NCBI RefSeq assembly: GCF_018977255.1
Contig: NW_024704742.1
Span: 11,844,001-11,908,000, forward strand
Source: Callorhinchus milii
Taxonomy: Eukaryota
Direction of reading: 5' to 3'
Length of the DNA: 64,000 bases
This document shows positions 24,018 through 35,480 of the stretch, in pieces. Every line of letters starts with the position of its first letter. The stretch's first letter is position 1. Made by a program: the position numbers and the translations under genes. The notes under the pieces are model-generated. The model did not search any database, was not told where the DNA came from, and worked only from the letters and a program-made list of their open reading frames with translations.

Positions 24018-24336
24018 AATAATAATAATAATAATCCTTGCATTTGATATAGCGCTTTTCACGTCGGGAGGACGTCCCAAAGCGCTTCACAGAGTACACT
24101 GTAAAGTGAATTGACTGTATACTTGTGGGCAAACGCGGCAGCCAATTGCGCACAGCAATGTCCCACAAACAGTCGTAGATTGAAAATGACCAATTTATTA
24201 TTGTTTTTAGTTTTGGAGGGATTATTATTAGGCGTGTGGAGTAAGGAAACTTGCCCAAGGTTTCACCCTGCTTGGAATTGAACTCAGGTCTCTCACTTGC
24301 AAAGCGAGTGCTCTAACCACTGAGCCACAGGACTCC
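24018..24336 (-). mobile_element. tRNA-Ala-headed SINE, young short subfamily, inserted in CR1 ORF2
   Basis: Full-length reverse copy; imperfect 13-bp flanking repeat acaatctcccact (24003-24015) / acaatctactact (24337-24349). Confidence 0.9.
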
Positions 24337-27330
24337 ACAATCTACTACTTCAGATCACTATCTACTCTATCATGCCCTTTGATGATCTTATAGGTTTCTA
24401 TAAGATCCCCGCTAATTCTTCTATATTCTAGAGAATATAGGCCCAAATTGGTCAGCCTATCCTTGTAACTCAACCCCTTCATCCCTGGTACTAACCTAGT
24501 AAATCTACGCTGCACACCCTCCAGGGCAAGTATGTCCTTCCTTAAATGAGGAGACCAAAACTGGACACAGTATTCCAGGTGTGGTCTCACCAGGGCCCTA
24601 TACAGTTGCAGCAAGACTTCCCTACTCTTATACTCTAATCCTTTCATAATGAATGCTAACATCCCGTTCGCCTTCCTAATTGCTGCTGCACCTTCAGACT
24701 AACTTTCTGTGATTGGTGTACAAGGACACCCAAGTCCCTCTGGACGCTAACACATTCCAATCTCTCCCCTTCTAAAAAATAACCCGCTCTACTGTTTTTG
24801 CTCCCTAGGTGGATGACTTCGTACTTCCGTACATTATACTTCATCTGCCACCTACCTGCCCAATCACCTATCTATGTCTCGCTGCATTTTTTTAATGTCG
24901 TCCTCTGTGTTGGCACTTCCTCCTAGTTTTCTGTCATCCGCGAATTTAGATATCATAACTTCGATGTCCTCATCTAAATCATTGATGTAGATGGTAAATA
25001 GCTGAGGCCCAGGGACTGATCCATGTGGCACTCCACTAGTCACATCCCGCCAATCTGAAAAGGACCCGTTTATCCCTACTCTTTGATTCCTACCCGTTAA
25101 CCATTCCCCAATCCACATTAATATGCTCCCCCCAATTCCATGGGCCCTTATCTTTTGGACTAACCTTTTATGCACACCTTATCAAATGCCTTCTGGAAGT
25201 CCAAATAGACCACATCCACTGATTCACCCTTATCTAGTTTACTGGAAATATCCTGAAAAAACTCTATGAGATTTGTCAAACATGAATTCCCTTTTGTAAA
25301 GCCATGTTGACTTGGCCTAATTATATTGTGCTTCCCTAAATACCGCACTACCACATCCTTAATCAATGATTCTAATTTTTTTCCTATCACTGATGTGAGA
25401 CTAACTGGCCTATAGTTCCCCATCTTTTCCTTTCCACCTTTTTTAAATAGTGGTGTGACATTTGCGATCTTCCAATCCATGGGGACTGTTCCAGAATCCA
25501 AGGAATTTTGGAAGATCAGACATAAGGCCTCCACTATCTCATAAGCTCCTCTTTTAAAACCCTGGGATGCAAGCCATCCGGACCAGGGGATTTGTCACTT
25601 TTTAGAACTAACAGTTTTCCCAGTACCAATTCTCTACTAATGAAAATTTCCCTAAGTTGCTCCCTGTCCTTATCCCTTTGGTGCATCTCTATTGTTGGCA
25701 GACTTGTTGTGTCTTCTAGGGTGAAGACAGATGCAAAGTACCCATTTAGGGACTCTGCCATGTCCTTGTCCCCCATTACAACTTCTCCCGTCTCAGACTG
25801 AAGTGGACCTACATTTACCCTCACCAGCCTATTCCTCTTAATATATTTGTAAAAACTTTTACAATCAGACTTAATGTTCCTAGCTAGCTTACCCTCATAC
25901 TCCTTTTTCTCGCTCTTAATGAGTTTTTTAGTTTTATTTTGCTGGTTTCTAAAACTCTCCCAATCTTCAGATTTGCCACTTTTCTTGGCAGTTTTATAAG
26001 CCTTTTCTTTTAATTTGATGCTTTCCCTAACTGCTCTAGTTAGCCACGGATGAATTGCTTTCCCTGTGGTACTCTTATTCCGCAAGGGAATATGCGACCG
26101 CTGAGAATTTTGCACTACATCCTTAAATATTTGCCACTGTTGGTCTACATTTTTAACTCTTAATCTTATTCTCCAATTTATTTTACCTAAATCTTTCCTC
26201 ATACCCACACAATTAGCCCTATTTAAATTCAGAATACTTGCCTCGGATTTAACTATATCCCTCTCTAACTTAATGCAGAATTCAATCATATTGTGATCAC
26301 TCTGCCCGAGAGGATTCTTAATACCTACACTGTCGACTAGCCCTGTTTCGTACACAAAACAAGGTCTAGGATGGCCTGTCCCCTAATTGGTTCCTCGGCA
26401 TGCTGCTCTAGAAAATTATCTCTCATACATTCAATGAACTCTTCTTCTGACCTACTTTTGCCGATTTGGTTTTCCCAATCTATGTGGAGATTGAAATCAC
26501 CCACTATTATCGCTTTACCTTTCCTACATGCTCCACTGATTTCTTGATTGATACCCAGTGCTATATTGTGACCGCTGTTTGGGGGTCTATAAACCACTCC
26601 CATTAATATTTTCTGCCCTTTATTATTTTTTATTTCCACCCATATAGTCTCGACCTCCTGGTTATCGGATTTCAGATCCTTCCTCTCCACTGCTTTTATT
26701 TCATCCCTAATTAACAGGGCTATTCCCCCACCTCTTTTCCCACTGTGCCTATCTTTCCTGTAAGCTGAGAACCCTGGAATATTTAGTTCCCACCCAAGAT
26801 CTCCTTGTAACCATGTTACAGTGATGACTCCTAGATCATACCCATATGTGTCTATCTGTGCTTTTAATTCATCAGTTTTATTCATTTCCTACCATTTCCT
26901 CTACTCTCTGATTCCTTATCTACTTTGCCAAGCTTCTTACCCCTAGTTAACATATTCCTATTATCTGGCATGCTATTCTGCACTGTCATCTTTACTTTTT
27001 CAAATGCTAACTTATGGTTTATCTTACCTATATATTCCCCCACCTTTACTAGTTTAAATTCCTATTTATTTCCCTGTTAATTCGTTTGGCTAGGACATTT
27101 GTCCCAGCACGATTTAAATGCAGCCCTTTTCTCCGAAAGAGCTCTCTTTTCCCCCAATACTCGTGCCAATGGCCCATAAAAAGAAACCCCTGAGTTCCGC
27201 ACCACTCTTTTAGCCATGCATTCAAGTCCTTAATTTGTTTGTTCCTGTACAATTGTCGTATGGTACAGGCAGTAGTCCCGATATTACCACTTTCGATGAT
27301 CTCGACTTCAATTTGGACCCCAGCTGGTCA

Positions 27331-27524
27331 AATAATAATCCCTCCAAAAAAAAATGTTCATATTCAATCCACGACTGTTTGTGGAACACTGCTGTGTGCA
27401 ATTAGCTGCCGCGTTTCGCCCACAACTATACAATCAATTCACTTTACAGTATATTGTGTGAAGCGCTTTGAGACATCTAGAAGACGTGAAAAGTGCTATA
27501 TCAAATGCAAGGATTATTATTATT
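27331..27524 (+). mobile_element. 5'-truncated SINE inserted in CR1 ORF1
   Basis: aataataatccctcc...gactgtttgtggaacactgctgtg...aagtgctatatcaaatgcaaggattatt. Removing it rejoins CR1 ORF1 (LRREFDQLGSKLKSR). Confidence 0.85.
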
Positions 27525-28059
27525 AAATTCCCTTCTCAAGTCATCTTGGCCTACTCTACCAATGTCATTGGTACATATGTGAAGTACCACCAACGGATCC
27601 TTGCCCTCATACTTTAAATTGTCCTCTAGCCCTGCCGAGACATCCTTCACCCCGGCCCCAGGGAGGCAATAAAGCCTTCTGGTATTCTGGTTGGTGTTGC
27701 AGATGATTGTGTCTGTCTGCCTAATAGTCTCATCCCCAATGACGACAACCATCCGCTCTTTTGCCCCAGTGTTAGAGGTAGTTTTTCCTTCCACCTCACC
27801 GGCTTCCTTGTCGATACAAGTTTCAAGGATCTCATACCTGTTTTTCAAGGTTAACGCCGGATTTACTACCACTCTTTCCGTTGTCCCCCTGACCTCCTGA
27901 CTGTCCATTGACCCATCCTGACCATAATCAATGTTGAGTGTATATTCCCTCAGGGGAGTGACTGGCTCCAGGATGTAGCTATCCAGAAGCACTCACTGTC
28001 TCTGATACTCTGAAGTGTCTGCACCTCAGATTCCAGCTCAGCCACTCACCTGGGGTCAG

Positions 28060-28690
28060 ACTGCCCTCCATCAGCTCCCAATGCCAATGACTATGCCAGT
28101 GTCTCACACCGCAGACTGCCGAAACACTCATACATGCTTTTGTTACATCAAGGCTCGACTACGCAAACTCTGTGCTTGTCAAGTTCTCCAACTCCTCCCT
28201 CCATAGGCTGCAGATCATCCAGAACTCTGCAGTCCATGTCCTCTCCTGCATCAGGCTCCGTAACCCTATCACCACCATCCTCGCCCAACTCCACTGGCTT
28301 CCCATCACACAGAGGGTACAGATCAAGATCCTGGTCCTCACCTTCAAAGCCCACCATAGTCTTGCTCCCCACTACCCCTGCAACCTCCTAAACCCCTACC
28401 ATCCTGCTCACTCCCTCCGCTCAGCGGGCTCTGGCCAGCTTCACGTCCCCCATCTTGCTCACCCCACTATTGGCGAGTGGGCCTTCTGCCACTCCATTCT
28501 GCAGTACCTCCACTTTGCCCCTTCCTTGCCTCCTTCAAGACCCATCTCAAGACCCTCCTCTTTGATGTTGCTTTTGATCTCCCTGCTTTCCCCCTGCCCT
28601 CCACCCTCCCAGATCCCGACACCCCAGCTCGGGTTTGAAACTCTGTCTGTCCAATGTGAAAGGTGCTATACAAATGTAATTTTGTTGTTG
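28060..28690 (+). mobile_element. L2 3' fragment (probable continuation of 23190-23674)
   Basis: AETLIHAFVTSRLDYANS (one frameshift), LHRLQIIQNSA, LHWLPI..R..IKILVLTFKA; tail tgtgaaaggtgctatacaaatgtaattttgttgttg. Confidence 0.85.
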
Positions 28691-28956
28691 GAATTGGAAG
28701 GGTGGAGAGCATGGGCTGAAATGTAGGACTGAAGAAAATTGTACAAGTAGAAGAGCTTTTAAGAAGAGCAGACTGTTTTTCAAATTGATCTTCTGAGGTT
28801 CAGAAAAAAANCATTGAAGCTGGACAAGAATGAGGCTAGTGGGTGTGCAAATGAGAACTTGTGTGAACTAGATTCTTGTGCGAGTGAGAACTCTAGCTGC
28901 ATCAGCTGAAGCCTCTGGAGAATGGTGCTTGGCAGGCAAGTGAGCAAAATGTTGCC

Positions 28957-29400
28957 AACAACACCAACAACAAAATTACATTTTTATAGTGACTTTCACA
29001 TCGGGAGGTCGTCCCAAGGCACTGGACAGTCAGTGTTTCAGATCCGAACTGCGGGTTGGAATTGGGGAGGGTGGAAACGGGGGAAGCAGTGTGATCTTAA
29101 GCATGGTCGAAGAGGAGGGTCTTGAGATGAGTCTTGAAGGAGGCAAGGGAGGGGGTGAGGCGGAAGGACTCCGGGATGGAGTTCCAGAGGGTGGGGGCAG
29201 AGTGGTAGAAGGCCCTGTCCGCCAATGGTGGGGCGGGTGAAGCGGGGATGTGAAGCAGGCCAGAGCCGTTTAGCAGAGGGAGCGGGCAAAATGGTAGGGG
29301 TTAGGAGTTAGGTGTTAGGAAATTGCAGAGGTAGGGGGAGCAACGCTATGGAGGGCTTTGAAGGTGAGGACCAGGATCTTGCACTGTATCCTCTGTCTGA
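28957..29400 (-). mobile_element. L2 3' fragment
   Basis: caacaacaaaattacatttttatagtgactttcacatcgggaggtcgtcccaagg tail, then reverse L2 C-terminus to ggatcttgcactgtatcctctgt. Confidence 0.85.
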
Positions 29401-29579
29401 TGATACACAGACTTCTATTACTGAGATATTAAACACATGGATGAGGTTTTCAGCAGCAGTGGGTAAATAACAGAGTCCGGGTAAACATTTCCTTGGAGTC
29501 AAAATCATGTCTGGAAACGGGGCAAGTGCACAGAAGTGGAGCTCTAGCATGTGAAGTATTGCTCTTTAATGGCAAGAAT

Positions 29580-29925
29580 ATAATGATAATAATCCTTGTA
29601 TTTGATATAGTGCCTTATCACATCTTCAAGATGTCTCTACTGTAAAGTGAATTGACTGCATATTTTGTGGGCGAAACCCGGAAGCGAATTGCACATAAGA
29701 CTTTCTCACAAACAGTCATGGATTGAGTGACAAATTTTTTTTTGAACAAATTATTACCCCCGGAACAACAATCCACCAATCAACTAACAACTGAGTTCCT
29801 ACTTACTGCTCGGTAAACAGAGGTGTGTGGAGTAAGGACACTTGCCCAACATTTCGCCGTGCCGGGAATCAAACTCAGGTCTCTCGCTTGCAAGGCAAAT
29901 GCTCTAACCACTAATCTACAGAACT
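29580..29925 (-). mobile_element. tRNA-Ala-headed SINE, long subfamily
   Basis: Tail through the extra segment gagttcctacttactgctcggtaaacagagg to head ctctcgcttgcaaggcaaatgctctaaccactaatctacag. Confidence 0.85.
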
Positions 29926-30539
29926 GCAGAGAATTGGGATTATCTCATCAGCACACATAAAAAAAGGAAATACAGGAATTTCTTCTGCAGCACAAGAAAG
30001 GGAATTATTTGATCACCAACAAATGCACCTTGTAGTTGGGCCAAAAAAGAGTTCTTCAAAATATTAAAGCTGAAATGCAGCCTCCATGCCTTCAGGAAGA
30101 GTTCTCATTTCCTTTATGCAGGATTCCGCCCTATTCCACACCCATAAAGTGTAATGATAGAATTGACAAGCTTGGGTTTTAAAAGCTGATTAGAATAGAA
30201 TGGAGTTGACCGCGACCTTAACCTACATTATTGGCTAACAAGCCGAGCTCATCCTGAATATATCTGCAATGTAAGGAAGCCCATATTTCTGAAATGTTAA
30301 TGAGACAAATTAATTTTTAACTTCTGCTCTATTTTTTCAACCTTTGAAGTGTCTTCCACTTAGCCCTTCTTAATAAAACCAAATAGGTTGGTAATGTATC
30401 CTATTGTGAAGAAAAAAATGTCATTAAAAGTAAACCTCTGGATATTTTTACCTATTCTTCCAGTAGATCCATGCCCATATAAGTGGCTGAAGGATATTTC
30501 TGCCATTGGCAGCAAGTAGGATGACCCAAGGTACTGTAA

Positions 30540-31050
30540 CAGCAGTAACTTGCATTTATATAATTCCCTTCACCCAGGGTAGCATCTTGGAGTGCTTAAC
30601 AGCCTGATGCCGGGCGGGGAAGGGGGCAGGTGACAATAGGGCGCTGTCTAACAGAAAGGTCTTCACGTGTGATCTGAAAATGGCGGAAGAGGAGGTAAGG
30701 TGGAGGGATTGAGGGAAAGATTTCCAAAATTTCAGGGCATTATAGTTGAAAGCATGGCTGCCAATTGTGGAGCAGAGGGCATGAGGGATGTGCAGAAGGG
30801 CGGGGCCAGCTGAACGGAGGCAACTCATAGCGGAGTGGGGAGTAAGCAGGTCAGAGAGAGAGGGAGGTGACAGGGAATGAAGGCATTTTTAGACGTGTGT
30901 GAGCATCTTGAAGTCAATCTTTTCTGCCATAGGGAGCCAGTGGAGCCTGGCAAGGACTGGTGTGATGGTGGTACAGAAGATAGTGCAGGTGAATAAACAG
31001 AGTTTTGAATTAATTCGATTTTGTGGATAGTGGAGCTGGAGGGCATTGGA
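30540..31050 (-). mobile_element. Older L2 3' fragment
   Basis: ORFs ITPVLARLHWLPMAEKIDFKML and TIGSHAFNYNALKFWKSFPQSL...HVKTFLLD. Confidence 0.8.
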
Positions 31051-32349
31051 ATATTGCATTATAATGCACATTTTGCCCATAAAATATACAGTCAATTCAC
31101 TTTACAGTATATTCTGTGAAGGGCTTTGTGACGTCTCAAAGATGTGATAAGGCGTTATATCAAATGCAAGGATTATTATAATCAACTAGTATAAAGAGGG
31201 TGAAATATTTGTGATTCATGGTGTGGCACAATTTACGCAAGTAATAATTGCAAGGTAAAATGTATGATCATTTTTCACTCCAATGTACCTATAAAGGTTT
31301 TACTTTTTTAAAGACTAGAACAGTATATTTATTTTGCTATTGTGTGTGCTAATTATGCCAAATGTGCTGGCATAAAACAGGTCATCACAATATAAGCACC
31401 GACTTGAATAACAAATCAAAATTGCCTAATAGATCATAGTTGAAAGCAAGCAACGTGCCTGCTTCCATTTGTAACTCAATGTACTATTAGTATATATATA
31501 TTATATTATAACAGGGATTATGCCATGGGATCCTATATTTGATGGGCAAAATGCCATAGTATTCCAGTGTTTTAGTCCAGTCTTTGCAGATGATTTGCTG
31601 GTAAAGTTAAAAATAAATCAGATCTACTATATTGTGCTATGTGAGCATTTTTCCCTAGAGATTGGCTTCATGGGTTTCAGTGAGGGCCTCGTCATATTTT
31701 CTGTGCATTTACGAACACAATGTGTTTCCATCTATCCCTTGGAGCCGCAGACAAACTGATTTCTGTGAGCTCTCTCCACTCAGATTAACATTCTCGCATT
31801 AGGTTCAAAAGCAGATAGACACTTAATGAAATATTCTCCCCAGCACGGTATAATCTGAAATAAGTAATTCAAAAGTCGTCTCTGTTAAATTGATTTTGCT
31901 TCAGCACATTATCATATTTTATGCATTGCTCAGTCTCATGCTCATTATATTTCCTCTCGGTTCCTATGCTGTTTTGCCAATGATCTCTGATAAAAGGAAT
32001 AGGAAGTTACTGCTTTGAATTATTCACATTGCTCCTCTTTTCAAAAGCTCTTTTATAAGAACTGGAATACACGTACTGTGCATTCGGGGAGGTGCACAAC
32101 CTAAGCCAGATGGAACTGGGACAGAGTAAAATGTGGTGAAGAGTCTTACTTAAAGGCATGATCGGTGCAAGTATGGAATTTTTTAAAGTTTACTTTCAAA
32201 ACTTTGTTTTCCGATTCTTGAAGGAAAAAAATGTCTTAAAATGTTTTCTTTTTATAATGGAGTGAATAGCGAAATATCAGGAAGGTTTCCTATTGTCTTG
32301 GGAGTTTATGACAGTGGTGTCATCGTGTAATTCCTGCCTTCATTTCAAA

Positions 32350-32590
32350 AGACGATGGTAGAAGAAGCCTTGGGGACCACAATGCTGAGTGGTAAGAATA
32401 CCTGGAACATCAGCCTTGGGGGAAAAAATTGGATTCTCTCTGGAAATCTGAGATCACCTGTGTGTGAAGGCTGGAATATCCATTGGAGACACCACAACAT
32501 CAGCTGAAGGAAGAAGCTGGCAGTCTCTATTGAAAACCTTGAGCATTTGTCACAGCAGATGTCAGCCAAAACTGGACTGAAATTACAATA
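32350..32590 (+). mobile_element. Possible degenerate RTE-clade LINE 3' fragment
   Basis: Broken frames DGRRSLG / MLSGKNTWNISL / KAGIS..RSWQSL / CSRCQPK..TGLK loosely follow the RTE C-terminal G.R..GRP.LRYKD....L...GI...W...A.DR..WR...C...C.SRIGL pattern. Confidence 0.3.
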
Positions 32591-34484
32591 ACCAGATTAC
32601 AATAATGTGACACTATTACAAGAGAAGCCTATTGTGAGCAAGCACAATGGAGGAAGAGTGGACACCATCTCTTTTTGTCTTGGAAGATAATATTCTGTGG
32701 AAAAATATTGCATTGTACTTACTTCTAGTTGGCTGTAAGTAAAAATGAAAATAGAATGAAAGCAGTCAATTTTATGGGCTTGGATCCGTTCCTGTCAGAT
32801 GGGAATGAGCTTCCAATGTCCAATTCTTTTGCACACATGGTACTGTTTGTCTTTACAACATATTTAGCCTGTAAAAAAAATCACACATAAATAATGAAAT
32901 TGAAACTTAATGGAAGTCAAAAGGATTCCATGGCCTTCAGGAAAGGAGGAGGGAATTAACTTGGAAGAGAAAAGTAGGCAGAATAAAAAAAATTACTTAA
33001 AATTACAAAATCTTGCATTTATATAGCACCCCTCACACAGGGTCGCGTCCCAGAGCGCTTGATAGTGGCAGAGCACGACATCGAGCTGGTGAGACGGGAG
33101 GTGACTGTGGGTATGGTGGAATAGGAAGGTCTTCAGGTGTGAACTGAAGATGGGGAAAGAAGGGGTAAGCAGCTACAGTCCACAAATCATATAAAAGGGC
33201 ACAATTGCCAGTTATTGCGATCAAATTCACTGCACATGTGTGGAGGAAGATGGCTGGCTCCATTGGCACTTTATGGGAACCACAAAATTGTGGGACTGCA
33301 ATGTCATCAGGTCACTGCTGACATAATTTCCTTCACATTGTACACATTTTGGATGTTTTGGTTATTAGATGCGAGGTCCACACCTCAAACACTCTCCAAG
33401 CAAACCTGAGTAATCCACAGCCCATTACAATTGGTTTCCAAGAATGTCGCAACTCAATCATATTTAGTGTTTATTTTATATATTATTATATATAACATTG
33501 TGTGTAATATACATACAATATATGTACATTTGTGTGCTATATTTGGTGCCAGCTATAGTTCAGGGAATCGAATATTACCACAAACATGTAGACACTTTCT
33601 CACTTTTGAGGGTATAGCACCATTTGTTCTAATACTATACCCTTGAAGTCTCTGAAAAGACCAAATAAAATTGTATGCTCAAGTTTCCAGTCAAGATTTC
33701 AGAGAAAATATGCACTTTCTGCTTGACTCTCAAGAGCTCCCAGAGTTCTCTGTATTATTTTAACATAATAGCAGCCGCATTATGAATTATTTTTCTCCCA
33801 AACTGTACATCAGCATTCAGTACTCATTTATCTTTTATTCACAAACCTCTATCTGAATCAAATAGCATTAAAAATTGTTGAGGTTTCACATGAATCATTT
33901 TTACAAGCACTGAGTGTGAATTGCTTTTAAAGTTTTGAATGCTTATTTATCCATGTAATATTTCACCTCTCTTTTCATCCGTTTTTCTTCTATTGCACCA
34001 TGCCACGATGCTTACTTATTCTCTTCAGGACAAGTAAGAGCCCCTCCCTCCCCGAAATCTCACAAAGTGGCGTTCCTCATGTGTGGATGAGGGTTGTTTG
34101 ATTGTGGAGTAACTTTCCTTATCTCTTGTCCACACGAATGTGAATTTCCATGACAGGCCAGTGGGTAGAAATAATATACTTGCCTATCTCTTCCCCGTCT
34201 TGGTTTGAAGACCAGGGGCTCATGCAGCCCTTATTGAACTCGAAAAAATGAATACCATGTCCAAAAAGGAAGCTTCTTTCAAGGAGCTTAGTGGCGTCTT
34301 CTTGGCCTGAACTGGGTGCAACTAGTCATTCTTCGAAAAATACAAAAGGCCCAAAGTAATCCAAGCCAAAGATCTGGACATGTCTCCAAGTCTGTGAGCC
34401 AACATGCATCGGTTGATCCAGCTGGACAAGTACTAGACTGGGTCATGACCAAAACTTACTGAAGCACTGAAAAACAAACCAGTT

Positions 34485-35088
34485 ATAATAATCCTTGCAA
34501 AACGCAAAATACTGCAGACGGTGTGAATCTGAAACAAAAACAGAAGTTGCTGGGAACACTCAACAAGCAGGTCAGGCAGCATCTATGGAGCAAGGAAATG
34601 CCGTGGGATCCTATATTTGACGGAAAAATGCTATAGTATTCCAGTCTTTCGTGGACCCAAAACGTTGACTCACTTTCCTTGCTCCATAGATGCTGCCTGA
34701 TCTGCTGAGTGTTTCAGTGACTTCTGTTTTTGTTTCATAATAATCCTTACATTTGATATAGTGCCTTATCACATCTACGAGACGTCTCAAAGTGCTTCAC
34801 AGAATATACCGAAAAGTGAATTGAGTGTATGTTTTGTGGACAAAATGCGGTAGCCATTTGCTCAGAGCAGTGTCCAGCAAACAGTCATGGATTGATTGAC
34901 CAAATTTATTTATTTTTGCCCTGGAAAAGCGATCTGACAATCGACTGACAACCAGGTTCCTATTTACTGCGAGGTAAACAGAAGCATGTGGAGTAAGAAA
35001 CTTGCCCAATGTTTCACCCTGCTGGGAATCGAACCCAGGTCCTCTCACTTGCGAGGCGAGTCCTCTAACCACTGAGCTATCGAACTCC
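34485..35088 (-). mobile_element. tRNA-headed SINE, long subfamily, tail interrupted by PLE hairpin D
   Basis: Head at 35020-35088 (gggaatcgaacccaggtcctctcacttgcgaggcgagtcctctaaccactgagcta); tail start duplicated at 34485-34499 and 34737-34751. Confidence 0.85.
34500..34736 (-). mobile_element. Penelope-like short hairpin insertion, copy D, with captured sequence in the loop
   Basis: Tail on the left (aacgcaaaatactgcagacggtgtgaatct), inverted arms, and only the 3' half of the hammerhead (gtggacccaaaacgttgactc). 15-bp TSD ataataatccttgca / ataataatccttaca. Confidence 0.8.
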
Positions 35089-35094
35089 AGTTGC

Positions 35095-35480
35095 AGAATT
35101 CACAAGATCACAAGATTAGCTTGGATGAAGAAGTCCATCTGATCTCATCGCTCTTGAATACTCATCCTACCATACTTCTATCACAACATCAAGCGATTTT
35201 TTAAAAAATATGTCCAATGTCCTGGCCTCTACCACTTCTCCTGTCAATCTGTTCCAGCTGTTATTTACCTTCTGAGAAAAGAATGACTTCCTGGTGTCTG
35301 TCCTGAAATTGCCCTTTTACACCCCTAAACGTATGCCCTCTTGCTCTGCTGTCTTGTTGCATTCTAAAGTATTATTTGAGGTTTATGTTTTCATACCGTT
35401 TTGAATTTTATAAACCTTTGTGAGATCCTCTCTGAGTCATCTCTTAAGACTGAAGCACTCTGGCTTGTCTATCTTGTTTA
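35095..35480 (-). mobile_element. CR1 LINE 3' fragment (second CR1 family)
   Basis: (cacaagat)2 tail, cttctcctgtcaatctgttcca, cttcctggtgtctgtcctgaaattgcc, ctctgagtcatctcttaagactgaag. The same family occurs on + at 53915-54120 and 60380-60676. Confidence 0.7.

Larger units (their letters stand above)
23675..28049 (-). mobile_element. CR1 (HER1-like) LINE, nearly full length, disrupted: esterase-type ORF1 + APE/RT ORF2
   Basis: ORF1 SGNH-like motifs VVIGDETIR, CLPGA, HICTND, GLHLNRAG. ORF2 GVVYRPPN, IVGDFN, GQSDHNMI, KSPGPDG, NYRPVSLTS, YLDFQKAFDK, SGVPHGSV, KFADD, RPHLEYCVQFWSP, TRGHNLK. 3' UTR ggctcgaagggccgaatggcctac with (atgtt)n tail. Multiple stops/frameshifts and two SINE insertions. 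Confidence 0.95.

Noticed and set aside
32723..32732. 10-nt minus-strand microexon (ttttacttacag|ccaactagaa|gtaagt)
   Set aside because: The splice signals look good, but the length is not frame-preserving and the site is a small palindrome (tacttac...gtaagta); unsupported without RNA data.
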